Source of the DNA: Selaginella moellendorffii
Taxonomy: Eukaryota; Plantae; Lycopodiophyta
Direction: 5' to 3'
Length of the DNA stretch: 64,000 nucleotides
NCBI RefSeq assembly: GCF_000143415.4
Contig: NW_003314379.1
Location: 62,001-126,000, forward strand
Shown: piece after piece, positions 34,791 to 47,878 of the stretch
Numbering within the stretch: the first letter of the stretch is position 1
How the letters are laid out: each line of letters starts with the position of its first letter
Program-made: the position numbers and the translations under genes
Notes under the pieces: model-generated
The model's input: the letters and a program-made list of their open reading frames with translations, nothing else
Databases searched by the model: none
Told to the model about the DNA's origin: nothing

Positions 34791-35344
34791 GTTGGTTGTT
34801 AATACGTAATTGATGGAAAGCGATGGCCTCCGATATTTCTCTTGAGCTTTAGAAAGCGTTTGTTCGCGGGGACAAATCAATCGTCACTGGGGCCGTTGTT
34901 GGAGAAAATTCGCAGTTTAAACCCAGAGCGAATTCGAGGCGCGATCAAACACCATGACTTCATAACGCGTAGGCGAAGATGGCGATGGCGGTGCAAAAGC
35001 GACAACAAGCAGTCGACAAAGACGTGCAACTCACTTTCCTTCCTTTTTTATGTCAGATGAACAACATTTTTATCTTCCCTTTGGTGGAGCGTCAATTAGA
35101 GGAGAGATCATCACATCTCGGACCTTGTCAAAGCTCGCCTCATGGTGATCAAAGTCCGGCGAAGTCGTGTCAAAATTGGCTCGAGATCGTGGATCGAGAC
35201 ACGAGTAGTCGCTGGTCGCTGTTGAATTGGACATTTATAATCGAAGTGAAACAAGTCATGCTCGTCCTTTCGCAACACCCTCCTGGAAAGAAGAAGTATA
35301 CTACGTGGTATACTGTTGACAAGTAGGTCATCCATCGTGATCCA

Positions 35345-36426
35345 TCAATCTGTAAACCTGGAAAGCTTGGGCCATGGAATCGACACCGACGTTTGTCTCT
35401 GGTAACTCCTGTAAGCTGCCGCTCTCGACTCTTTCGCCAGCATTCTCCTCTCGACCATGACCGTGACGCAGGCGAGGCAAGCACTGTTGATCAGGGCCCC
35501 CAGCATCGTCCAAGAGAAGCCCAGCCTCGAGCCAAACATCGCCAGCCCCCACCACCATAGCTGCTCGCCGAAGTAGTTTGGATGCCGGGAGTAGTGCCAC
35601 AGACCCTCGTCCAGAACCGCGACTGGCTGCGCCCCGCGCTCTCTCCGGAGCTTGTTGTTGCTCACGAAGCTGTGGAGCTGGGTGTCGGCAATGCAGGCGA
35701 TGGAAATCCCCGCAACGCAGAGCATGGCGATGGTGGTGTCGATAAGGTGGTGCCATGGAAGCTGGCTTTGGAAGACGGCATAGACGGGAAGGCAAACGCC
35801 CACCAGCAAAAGCTTCGCAGAGAAAGGTGGCGTCAGAAAGAACAGCGCTAAAGGAGTTACAGTACCTGTTGCGAGACGTAGACTGCAAAGAAGGAAATCC
35901 ACCACCAGTGACGGCCGAATCGCTCGCGCATTTGCGCAAACCTCCAATCCTCCCGAGCTCCCAGCTTCCAATCCTCCCGCCGGAAGTACGAGTGCGTGAT
36001 CCTGGCGCTCCACACCCAGACGAGCGCGGTGACTACTCGCGATCTCACCGGGTCGGACTTGGCGGAGGGATGCGCCGCCAGGAAATGCGTGATCAAGACC
36101 GGCAGGAAAGCCCAGTATGGGTCGATGAGCTAGATCCAAACAAGACAAGGAGAATGAGAGTGGATCGAACGGATGAACGGTGGCTAACTTACCCAAGTGC
36201 TCCCTTGGACGAGGCTAATGATCCAAAACACCACATTGACATTGATAAAGAAGAAAGCATTGAGAAGTAGCAAAGGATGGGCTGCCGCGCTCCACACACA
36301 CAGTGACTTCCTTGCCACTGGTGGCGATGGCGATGGCAGCGGCGGTGGGCATCCATAGAGAATCCAGGCGTACGCGACGATGGTGGGAAGTAGGACGAGT
36401 GACGCCACGCCCGAATTTCCCCCCAT
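35345..36426 (-). CDS. DUF1295 / steroid 5-alpha-reductase-like membrane protein, 3 exons
   Basis: QGSTW..LIDPYW, WSARITHSYFRREDWKLGAREDWRF, IADTQLHSF, GLWHYSRHPNYFGEQLWWWG, YRSYQRQTS. Confidence 0.9.
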
Positions 36427-36625
36427 AGCTAGGGTAAAAGGCTCGACTTTAAAAACCATGGACAAGCTCTTGCCATTATCCCAGCGCCAGTACAGTTTAA
36501 AACGTTTCAACCAGCGAGTTTGAGGCCATCCCTTCCTTTCTCCTCAATTCTCTTTCTCCCCGTGAGCTTTGACTTCTCGTGAGTATCAAAGAGCGAGTGG
36601 AATCACTGCAAGTTTGCTCACCTCA

Positions 36626-37210
36626 ATGGCATCTTCTTCTTCTTCTTCTTCTTCTTCTTCCTCTTGGAGTAGTCCAGGAGCCATGGCAGCAGCAGCAGCG
36701 ATCCTGGCACTGGCAATGAGCTTCCTGGCACTAAATCTTCCTGGAGTAACCGCTGCCTCGAGCAAGGTCCCGCGGCGCCTCCAGTTCTTCATGCAAGACC
36801 GGCAGCTCATCGCCAACAACACTGGCGTGGAGGTGGCGGCGGAGGGCGGCAATCTCACGCGCTACGCCTTTGGGACCGTCTTCGTCATCGACGATCCCAT
36901 CACCGAGACCACTTCCAACACTTCCAAGGTTGTGGGAAGAGGGCAGGGGATGTACTTGGTGGAGTCGCGATCCAATTTCCACTTGCTCGTCTCCTTCTCG
37001 GCGTATCTGGAGAACCCACAATACAATGGGACGATCGTCTTCCACGGCTCGTACAAGGCGCTCGAGCCCACCAGGGAGCTCCCAATCATCGCCGGCACTG
37101 GGGATTTCCGGGGGATCACGGGCTATGCGATCGTCAGCACGCCCGTGGATCTGGGATTGTACGTCGTGCTTAGCTTCGATTGCTTCATCTCCTTCCTCCG
37201 CTACGAATAA
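36626..37210 (+). CDS. Dirigent protein
   Basis: Signal peptide; LQFFMQD, FGTVFVIDDPITE, VVGRGQGMY, RELPIIAGTGDFRGITGYA. Confidence 0.93.
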   Translation: MASSSSSSSSSSSWSSPGAMAAAAAILALAMSFLALNLPGVTAASSKVPRRLQFFMQDRQLIANNTGVEVAAEGGNLTRYAFGTVFVIDDPITETTSNTSKVVGRGQGMYLVESRSNFHLLVSFSAYLENPQYNGTIVFHGSYKALEPTRELPIIAGTGDFRGITGYAIVSTPVDLGLYVVLSFDCFISFLRYE

Positions 37211-37365
37211 CGGCATCCTCTTTGGATCATCATCCTCAAATATTCTATAAACTTGTTTGGATTGGAGAGATTGGAATATGCTTCGTCTCCAAGTAGTTTC
37301 GCGTGTTTGTGTGTGTGCGCTTTTTGGAATTTAGGGCTCTTGCGCTCTTGCGCTGTTGGAGGGCG

Positions 37366-40300
37366 ATGGACAGCTCCGGCGGGATGATCCCGTGGAGGCC
37401 GCCGGGGCCGGATTACGACCCCAGCCCCAAGGTGCGGCGCGAGGAGATGGTTGTGAAGCGCTTCGCCGAGGAGAAGAAGCGCCAGGTATGGGTGATCGCC
37501 GGTGTCCAGGGCATTGCCTGAGAGAAATGTGGTACTCCAGGAGAAAGCGCGGGATGCGTATCATAGGATGAAGCTCGCGACTGCCCTTGAGATGAGAGAG
37601 CGGCAGCACAAGATCATTTATGATGTGAGAAGAAGATCTTCTTTGCACGCTTCTCCAGCTCGACTTCTCCTGTGATTTCATTCCAGGAGTTCCAAAAGAA
37701 GCTGGAAAAGGGCCGGTTACAAAAGACATATAACTTCGCTGTCTATGCTCACTTAAAGGCAGGTCGTTCGAGTTTCTTTTGTCGTTCACGAGTTTATGCT
37801 TGTTGTATCTAGGATGCCTGGAAAAATGCGGAGCAGCTCGATCTTGCATCCTTCATTGTGGTGGATCAAAGGGTCTGTAAGTTCTTTCCAAATCAACTTA
37901 CAGAACGAAAGATTTTACAAAGGTTTTATTAAGTTCCGCTCTGGAGTTGTGATTTCTGAGCATCCCCGGTCTTTTGGCAATTTCAGGATATAACAAAGCG
38001 AATGTATGGCAAAGAAGGTGTAAGCGAAAGCACGAGAGATGACATACAAGCCTTTGAAAGTAAGGGATACGAACTTGGAGCGGAACCCAAGCTGGAAGCT
38101 GTTGATCCAAAAGCCAAAAAGCCGCCTCCGTCAAAAGGGAAAAAGGAGGGACCTCCTGCTGTTTTTGATCCTGCTGTTATTGCCCAGGTAAGCTTTACCT
38201 ACATGTCGGCTCCCATTTTATTGTTTTTAAACAGCAAGGGAAAGCTTACCTTGAAGATGTCAAAGCTCGGAAGGGTAGGGAGGATGCTGACAGATTTCAA
38301 CATCGTCAAAACATACGAAAGGTAGAACGTCATGTTTTTGTGCTGATGCTCTTAGTCATTCTGTTTCTTGTAGGAAGAACTGGAAAAACTGGAGAGGGAA
38401 AAAGAGGCAGAAGAAGCTAGGAAGAAAGAGGAGGAAGAACAGACTGTCCAAAAAAGACTGGAAGAAGAACTTCGGCAAGCTGAAATTCTTCGAATGCAAG
38501 AAGCTGAGCTAGAGAGCATGCATGCCTATCGAAGAAACTTCGAGTTGCAAATAGCCGAGCAGAGGCAACGGGAATGGGACGCTGTTCTTGCTCGTGACAG
38601 GGAGTTGCTCATAATGATGCGGCAAGACTGCTTTGATGAAGTCGAACACGAGCATCAACTTGTGGAGGTGCTTGAGTGACTACATTGGCTTTAAGCTTAA
38701 TGGTTTTCTGATGCAGGCAGAAAAGAAAAGGAAAGCCGAAAACAGGAAAACGAGGCATAGGGAGATGTGCCGGGAAGTCATTCTTCAAGTAAGCGACTAG
38801 TAACAAGTAATGCTCTTGTTAACATGATCGCTATGTTCTCAGATTACAAGTCTGGCTGAGAGCCGGGCTTGCTATCGGGAAAGCACTAATAGTGACCTTC
38901 CTATGCTGGAATGGCGCGAGTGGCAAACGCTGTTTGTGAAGGGGGCTATTATGCCGAGTCCATTATGCAGCGATATAATTTCTACCGAGTCACAAACGGA
39001 AGAGGAGAATCGCATCGCTGACGAGGTAAATAGCGAGAGGCCGGATAACAATTCTTATACCATGCTTGTTCACAGGCTGCTGCAATGGAATACTTCCAAG
39101 AACAAGGTGAATGGAATGGAGTTCAGCCGATTGGCAAGAACAAAGAGCTTGGGATTATCTTGCATATTATTCACACAATGGCGGATGTTCCACCAAAACC
39201 GCTGCCCATACCACACTTCTCCGAATGGACGCTGAAGCTGGCAACCGTTGGAATTCCATATTCAGGTTCATGTTTAGTAACAGTTCGTGTTTTATTCATC
39301 ACTTATCACTTACCACAGGGAGGTCGACTATTGCGACAAAAATCGCCACCGAATTTGGTATCAAAACAATTGAAATGGATAAAATTCTGGCTGCTGCCAT
39401 AGCAGAAGCCGAAGCAGGTATATTTATATATCTATGTTGTTACTGTCAGTGTTCACGCTTTAGTTTGTAGAAGAAGCAAACCAACCAGTAAACGCGGAAC
39501 CAGCTCCAGAGACACCAGCTCCAGATACTCCAGCGCCGGTTAACGAAGTTGAACCTTTGACAGTTCCAGCGGAAGGTGCCCCAAGCCCTGTTGAAACTGT
39601 AGAGGTGCAGCCAACACCACCCCCGCCACCAACTAAGGCGCAACTGGGAAAAGCTGCCAAACAGTGCAAGCAACAGGGACAACAGGTATGTTCTAAAGCT
39701 AAAGTTTGTTTTACACAACAGCTTGTTTTAATCAGGTACCAGACGAAGTGATGGTGACCTTGCTTGTCATGACCATAAGCAATCTTCACGCAACTGGTAT
39801 TTACTACGTTGGAAGCTTGAAATAACAACAGCTCTATTTCTCAGAGGATGAAAAAGCTCCACCCAAGAAACCTCTTCCCAAGGACAAGAAGGGCGGGAAA
39901 GGTGCCGAGCCTGAAATAAACGTCACAGGGTTCATTCTAGATGGATTTCCAAACACTGCTGGGCAAGCGGCGGCACTTGAAAAGGCTTTGACAGGACTTG
40001 ACTTTGAGTTTACAGCTCGACACGAGGCGGAGGCATCTGTATTGGCACCTCCGCCTCCTATTGTAAGTGCTGTGTTAAAATGGTCTCTGCTCTAACTGAA
40101 AAAATTCCAACAGATAAAGGTAGACAAGTTTGTTTCAGGCCTCGATGGTATCTTTCTAATGGAATGTCCAAACGAAGAAAGAGCTTTGAACAAAGCGTTA
40201 GGAAAGCGTGTCGATAGCAAGACTGGCTTGTTCTATCACCTTGATTACGATCCACCTCCGCCAACTGATAAGACGTACGTATTGAAAAGTAATTTCTTGA

Positions 40301-43300
40301 CGCCAGTATAACTTTTGTCTACTACAGTGGTATTGCTTCGCGCCTGCAACCTGTCGAAGAACCGGATTTAGCCCGTATTAGAATTGTGGAAGGGTTGCAG
40401 CTCTGGCCGGCTCTAACGTCGTGGATGAGCAAGTTCTTAAACGCCTTCTGGGTTGGTATGGAGGAGGATGGCAAGGTGAAACCAGAGGATGCGAGCAACG
40501 TAGTAAAGGACTTCGTTGCTGCAAAAGTTCAGGCCGACGCCGCGGCTGCAGCCGCTAAAGCTGCAAGAGAAGCCGAGGAGGCTACGAATCTCGCATTGGG
40601 AGAAGCCGAGAAGGCCAAAGTCGGGTGTGATATTGCTAGCAAACAGCTGTACTTCGCCAAAGTTGGCGAGATCGAAGCGGCAGCAGTGCTTGAATCATTT
40701 CCCGCTGATCCTTTGGCTAAAGAGACTCTACGGGTGAAAGCAAGTACAATGGCTGGCCAGAAACTCAACGAGGCAGTAAAAGCTTTAAAGGAGATCCAAA
40801 ACCCTCTGGAAGTTACTCAAAAGGCAGCTGCTCAGGCTCAAGAAGCAGCAACGAGAGCACAGGAAGCAGTCGGTGGGGCAGATGCTTGTTTTCAAGCAAA
40901 AGCCGATGCAGAAGCGGCAGCAGAAGCCGCAAAACAAGCCGCTTCGCGGGCCAGTGTTGCATCTCAAAAGGCTGGTTTTGCTTTTGAGGCTGCGTCGTCT
41001 GACTTTGCCAAAGTGGAAAAACCAGAAGCAGCAGCTGCAAAGGGTAAACAACAGGAAGAAGCACAGGTAAGGCTAGACTTTTTTATTTGTCGATGTTGTA
41101 TCTTACGTTTACTATGTCTGCAGGATGTTTCTTCAGGCGAAACAGCAGCAGCTGCTGAACCTGCTCCCGAATATCCAGAAATTGATCTAAGCACCGCAGG
41201 TTTTTGTTCGATTGTTCTCTTTGCCGTTTCTTATGTCTGTATTTGTGCTTTGCAGTTACCTTCCATTCAAGCTGGAAGCAAATAGAGTCCCTCTACTTCT
41301 CATGCCTTAAAAACCTCTTTCATAGCCTTAGAGTGGAACGTGTCAATGGACGTAATATCCTGCAGGAGGTATGTTTAGATGCGCACCACGGCTGTTCTTT
41401 TACAGGTTACTGAAATTTGTGCAGATCAAAATGAATTTTGGAGTGTTCTTGAAGAGGCCAGATAATAAACAAAAGACCTTCGATGATTTTCAGGTGACGC
41501 CCTTCACATGGCTGCATCCCAGTCAAAAGTAGCTTCACTTCTACTTCAGGCGAAGTATAACCGGATTGAAATCGACCAACGTCGTCAACCGAAGATGAAG
41601 CAGACTCTGAAGAAGACGGTGGACGACCTTGCAAAGCAACTTCGTACTATTTGTGACCAGAGGCTGAAGGTAAGCCTATAAATTTGAACTTGTGGTGTTT
41701 GGAAACACCAGTTTACAGGAAGCTCAAGAAAACTGCAAAAAAGTACTCGCTGATTGGATTGGGCAAAGAACGTCGTCGTGTATCTCTCTCTTCACCAATT
41801 TGATTCAAACAGAAGTGAGTTTTTGTCTAGCTTCTCGTTCTAGCTTTTCGTACTTTTTCCTGGTAGATTGACAGGCATCTGCAAACTTGTGCGTTTCTCC
41901 ATGAAGTTTACTTCAGAAAGCCGAGCTCGGCTGTCATGGAAACTTTTAATCCTGTGAGCAACCTGGTAGAAACCGCGCAGGTTCCTCCAAAGACTTTTCC
42001 TGTCCCCGGATGGATTCCGGGAGTCACTGCTTCTTCTCCTCAGATTTCTCAGGTATGTATTTTGCGTCGGGTTGCCTGCATTCTCTATAACTTCTCCCGG
42101 CTGTAGATTGTTACAAAAGCTCTCTTTTTAATCGATGGAATAATAAAGGCAGCGACTGATCCTGAACTGGACAATCGGGCGAAGGCTGGAGGGAAGTCGA
42201 AGCCGCCTCCGGCAAAATCAAAACCCGGAGAAGGAGATGGTCAATCACCTGGTCCATCGGCTATGTTGCGGGAACATGAAATTATTCAATCTCGGCTTCA
42301 GTTGCTTGGTATCACTGTCTTTTGGAACTTCCTTGCTGCTTGTCTGATATGATGAATTAAACTTTATTCTGTTTGATGGTTGGCAGTGCAGCAAGCAAGG
42401 CTTGCACATATATGGGGGAGTTGCAACCACTGGTTAATGGTTCATCGGCACGCATGGAAAAGTGGATGAACAATTGCAACAAGGTGTGCCTATATTTTAT
42501 TGTTCTGACTGATACCTGAAGGGATCTAATGTAATGCAGGTTGAATCTGAGATTGTTACGGAAGTCATTGAGCTTTCTAACGAGGCTGTTGAGGAAGCAA
42601 TTCCTCTGTGGTATCAAATGAACTTAGATGGTGGAGAGCTTGTGATTAATGAGGAACATATGATGGTGGTAAGTTTCCTTAGGCTTATCATGCCATTCTA
42701 GACTTACTAAATCCTATCTAAATTGTCATTGAAGGATCCTCCTCCACAATTGGCGGTGCAACCGGTGATTGACGTAAACAAATGGCACTTCAAGCTTCTT
42801 CGTAATCTTGTGGAAATTCTACGGACCATGTCGCTTGCAGGTACGTGCTGGAAAAATGTAATTTCGATCTCTTACCGTGCTTCATGCTTCCAGGTTACAT
42901 AGAAACGGAAAAAGCTACATCAACTTTACTACAGGCGGTCCAAACCGCACATGCACAGGGAAAAGAAGACGTTGAGTTTGCTCAAGTTCCACACCTTCCA
43001 GCAACCAAGGGGAGACCATTTGGACCATTCCAGATCTGGCTGGACTACACGAACAATGTTATGAAGAAGGTTTTCCACAGACCAGGATTTTCCCGCTCAA
43101 CCATCTCAACGTGACGTCCTGCAGGTTCCTCCGGCGAAAACTGAGGCCGAGACTGTACAGATATTAGACTGGAGAGCGTTGATAATGACGCTAGCGGATA
43201 TACACTTCAATGATTGCATTTCTGCATCGAGTGTCGAGAATGTCAAGCAAGTCTGCAGCCGTGAGTGCCTTTTGTTATCCTCAGTAACGTACTCTAACGA

Positions 43301-44477
43301 GCTCTTGCTGCAGTGCTTGAAGAAACAAGCAAAGATACAGATGGTTTACTAAGCCTGGAGAGCTTTGTCAGCGTCCCATTCTGGTTTGATCAAGGTACTA
43401 CACTGGTGATATACACCACAGAAACCGGATCACCGTGTGCCATTTTGCAGCTGTTAATCAAGGAGCTGCTGACATTGGGACTGAGCTCAAGACGCTTGCC
43501 TATCAAATGCTTGTGCTCCCTCCGCTTGAGCCAGAAGCAGTAGAGGCGCCTCCAGAAGCTCCGGAGCCGGCAGCAAAAGCCCCTGAACCCACACCTACAC
43601 CTGCAGCTGCCACGCCTCCCATTCCATGGCAGAGGCTGGCACTCTACTTCTGCAGGGACGAAGACAAGGAAAAGGCACTCTCGAAGGTGTTTCAAGTGCT
43701 TTTGGGCACGGGGTAAGAGGCTGGCCGTGTATGCTCTCTTGATTAACTCCGCAAATCCTCGCTGCAGGTCGGATGTTCTAGAGCTGAGACCCGAACAATT
43801 GCTGCAAGCGATCTACCACTTAAGCTTGGATGAAGCCTCGACATCCGGGTGCCTTGCCTGGGCTCCTCAAGACATCAGAGTGAGTGCCTTACGTAGTATC
43901 TACGACCATTTACCTTGCTTTCTTGTCTCAGGAACTCATACTGAAAATCAAGAGCGAGTTGGCACCTCAGGCCGTGGACGAAGGCGATGACGTTGATTCG
44001 GACGGAAGCCAGGGGAGCGGGAGGCTGTGCACAAGAAGCACGGTAGCGCAGCGAGGCTCTAACCTCAGCGAACAGACGAACATCACAGTGCGAGACTTTG
44101 GCGTGCCGGAAAACGCCTCCCTCACCGAGGTTCTCACCGAGGCATCGTCCATCAAGGGGGCAAGGGACGAGACGTGCTCGGAGCTGAGCGACCAGGCAGT
44201 GGAAACCATCCAGCAGTTCCTGGATGCGTTGAGCGCCACTCCGCGAGAGGAAGCGGCCGCAGGAACGAGCCCAGCGATCCTGCCGCCGGGAGAAGTGGTG
44301 GAGCGCCAAGTTTCGGTCAAGGAGATCTTGAGCGCGCAGTGCGCTGCAAACCTGTGCTCGATCTTACTGGAGAACTACTGCAGCAAGCAAATCCATGTCA
44401 TGAACGTGAAGAAGGCGGACGAGAGCGAGAGCGAGGGCAGCAGGCCCAAGGAAGAATTCGCCCCCTTGGCGCCATAA
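37366..44477 (+). CDS. SPEF2: Sperm flagellar protein 2 (SPEF2/CPC1-like) central-pair protein with adenylate-kinase-like domain, many exons
   Basis: Coiled coil ..AEQRQREWDAVLARDREL; LPMLEWREWQTLFVKG; P-loop VGIPYSGRST; VPDEVMV; GFILDGFPNTAGQAAALEKALTG; lid GKRVDSKTGLFYHLDYDPPP. Start codon and exon set not fully resolved. Confidence 0.75.
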
Positions 44478-44989
44478 TTTGAATTCAAACCCAAGCTCAG
44501 ATATTAGGGTTCTTTTGAGTAAATTCAAATAGCATGAGCAGCGGCGAATCATGAGACATATACGTTTCTCGGATGGAGATAAAGGGCTGGACTCTGTTCT
44601 CCTCTCATGGATTCAAAAACAGGCGAGATCTGCCTGCTAGCAACACAATCGAACGGCATGTGCTGATGTCAAGAAGATAAAGGCGAAGTACAACAAAGAT
44701 CTAGGTGGAATAGTTGAAAAAGTATCGAATTCCACCTCCAAGTAGTTTTTATGTACAACACAGACGGGAAAGTGAATGGTGTGCGACAAATGATTTTGAA
44801 GTGTGGCGACAGGAATTTCACTGTGAAAGGCTCAGGAGGCAAGAGTCTGGCATCACCCACTATTTCAGAAATACAGCTGAGTGTTTGATTTCCTCATTTA
44901 ACTGGTCGAGTGCTTGTCTTGACTTGGGTTTCGAGAGAGCCTCAATGCCAAGCTTTGCATATGTTGCTGGTTAAAGGCCTGATGCGTTG

Positions 44990-45170
44990 CCTGCATTTCA
45001 TCGACATGCATGGTGTTGAGGCTCAACAATTCGAACATACAGGAGACGACAGTTTCCTTCATCAGCAGCCACGTTGTCGCTCTGTGCTCCACGTTGTGCT
45101 CTGGCCATCCATATGGATCCAGCGTCCCTACCATCTGATTCATCTACAGGTGCCAGGCTCTACATGGGGC
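44990..45170 (+). pseudogene. Decayed fragment of the GT29 gene (tandem duplicate)
   Basis: ttcatcgac..gtgttgaggctcaacaat..ttccttcatca..gccatccatatggatccagcgtc..gtgccaggctctacat matches 50725-50925. Confidence 0.8.
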
Positions 45171-45816
45171 CGACACACAGCTGTTAACATGCCTGCTTCC
45201 ACACTCCTGGACCTAGAATGGCAGCTAGTGTCCCGCAGATGAAATTCCCGTCCCTGCAGATCCTGCTTCATTGTCCATGACTGTGCACACAAGTGAACAC
45301 AAGCCAATGCCCCTAAGGTCTGTTCGACAGTGGAGAGTGGCAAAGAGTGAGAGATGATGTCCAACCCACACATCTAATATTTATTTCAATTATACCAACG
45401 CAGTTTCTAAAAAGAAGTATGAAATAGGGTTACCTTAAACCAACACTTTTTTACACTGTCCAATATCATAATCATTATATCAAACATTTGCTTTAAGATA
45501 ATCTTACCATAAAAAATTCTTCCAAACCTTATACTATGCTTCTCCGTCCATACTAAGATATATACCAGTCATACTAAACTCTCAACAAGGCACTTTATAT
45601 TGAACCTTATGATTAAGAACTTAATAATCACAAGCTATCCCTACAAATAAATCCAAGTTTATGACCCTAACCTTGGTCTTATATCAAAAACCATTAGAAT
45701 CTATCAATATCTTGGCATAGACAATAGACCTCAATTTTTCTTAAGACTTTAAGTGACTTATTAAAGTAATGTATTGCTTGGAATTATGAAGATTTAAATT
45801 TTAAAGGCATTTCCCC

Positions 45817-45818
<2 letters not shown>

Positions 45819-45869
<51 letters not shown>
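45819..45869. repeat. (AT)n microsatellite
   Basis: About 25 AT units, directly visible. Confidence 0.97.
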
Positions 45870-45871
<2 letters not shown>

Positions 45872-45949
45872 AATAACTAAAAAATTCAAAACGTTCCTAT
45901 AAGATGAAGCCTACTTATGCTGCATAAGTTTTACATGTTGGATTTGAAT

Positions 45950-47220
45950 TTATCCTATTAGTGGTGCTTATTGTACCTAAGAAAATAGGAAAATTATATT
46001 TATGTGTAGATTTCAAGTGTTTAAATGAAGTAATTAAGTGTGAAGCATTTCCCTTACCATTTTCTGAAGACTTACTTAATAGTGTAGCTGGTCACAAGAT
46101 GTATTCTTTCCTTGACACTTCTTGAAATATAATCAAATCCTTGTCAAACCAGCTGATCAACACATAATTGCATTTTATCACACCATAGGGAGCATTTGTT
46201 TATATAATTATGCCTTTTGGCATGAAAAATTTTCCATTCAAAAATCAATAGAAATATTTTATGATTACTTACTTGACATATAAAGGTTTTTATGGATGCT
46301 TGTAGAGTATATAGTGGTAATAACAAACATTTACAATGCCTTGAAAAATCTTTCATATGTTGTAGAGAATTTGGCTTAAGCTTAAATCCTGAAAAGTGTT
46401 CATTCTTTATGGAAGCATAGAGCATCGACAATCAACAATTATGCCATCTTTAAAGATAATATAGCTTGGTAACACTTTAGATTTAATCTCACAAACATTA
46501 ACAATTCTTGCACAAAGATATGACATGCAAATAGAATTAAATATGTCACCAAATTTATGATAAACTTATTCATATGCTTAACAAAAGCACCTAGTCTTGT
46601 TCCACCAGACAGGTCCATTTAGAAGTGGATGCATTTGATACCCAAACTTACTAAACCATTTGCATAGTTTTTACTGCTTCAAGAGTTTGACTTTAATATT
46701 ATTCATAAGCTAGGTAGACAACATATTCAAGTAGATAACTTCACTATTAGTATCAGTATTCATGACAACTTACCAGGTGCAACTTTTTTCAAGCTACACC
46801 AACTTGAGATTGCAAAATATTTGTCAATTCTATTCCCACAAAAATATGCTACACTAGACCAAGATAAGGCATTTATTATACCATATACACCCATAGCAGA
46901 CAATACAAAAGATGGACAAGAAAACTTTTTAAGATGTTGCATACAAGCTTTAAACCAAAATGCAATATTGCAAGAAGCCTATGAAGGAAATAACTAGTGG
47001 CCACTTTGTGTGACATCACTGCATGAAAAATTTATCAAGCTAGCCTTTACACTTTTAAAGGATTATCACAACCTTTGCAAAGCTTGTGACTAAGCAAACA
47101 CAACCTTTTAATTCCATGTCCTCTCATACCATTATAGATTTTGTTAGACTTTTCAAATCTCAAAATTGATACATCTTATTCACACTTGACTATGCCACTA
47201 AATGGGTTGAGGTTGTCATT
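45950..47220 (+). mobile_element. Degenerate Ty3/gypsy (non-chromovirus-like) RT-integrase relic
   Basis: VPKKIGKLYLCVDFKCLNEVIKCEAFPLPFSEDLLNSVAGHKMYSFLD, YIIMPFG, LQEFDFNIIHK, LDYATKWVEV; many stops. Confidence 0.8.
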
Positions 47221-47260
47221 GCTTGCACTCTTCTTATTTGAACACAAATATTTATTATAA

Positions 47261-47878
47261 TGTAGAACCGAGTGAATATTCTATATTCTGCCACATCAGC
47301 AGTAGGTCAAGAATGTGGCATTAGAAGTCAAGCAGTTCAAATGGATGTATGCAATCAACAAGAATAAAGATGACTGCCATTAAGATCACCAAGAGGGAGC
47401 ACACCCAAGTTATGGCAAAATGCTGATGAGAGGTTGTGCCATCTACAGGAGGCAAGAGAGTAGCTCAAGAATAAGAACCATCGACAGCCATATTGCCGGT
47501 ACTGCAAAACTAGACTTCAGTAGTTCTTAGGTGGGTGTTAAGTTTGCCCAATTTTCACTGGTGCACTGCCCCAACTGTTGCAGCGAACAACACAGGAAGA
47601 ATTCCGGTCCAATGAAAACCTAACACCCACTGGAGTTTGGTTTTAGCAACCCTGTTGCCGATGGTTTTTGTTCTTGTGCTGCTCTTTTGCCTCCTGTCGA
47701 CCAACGGCATAGCCTCTCATTGATACACCTCAACATTGCCATAGCTCGGGGACATTTCCTCTTGGTGATCTTAACAGCAGGCATCATTATTTTTGTTGAT
47801 TGTGTACATCCACTTGAACTACCTCAGTTCTTACCGACTGCTGACGTGGCAGAATACAGAATATTCTCTTGGTTTACA
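47261..47878. mobile_element. Foldback/MITE-like element with ~280-bp imperfect terminal inverted repeats
   Basis: 47261-47545 is the reverse complement of 47615-47878 (tgtagaaccgagtgaatattctatattctgccacatcagcagt vs actgctgacgtggcagaatacagaatattctcttggtttaca). No clear TSD. Confidence 0.8.
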
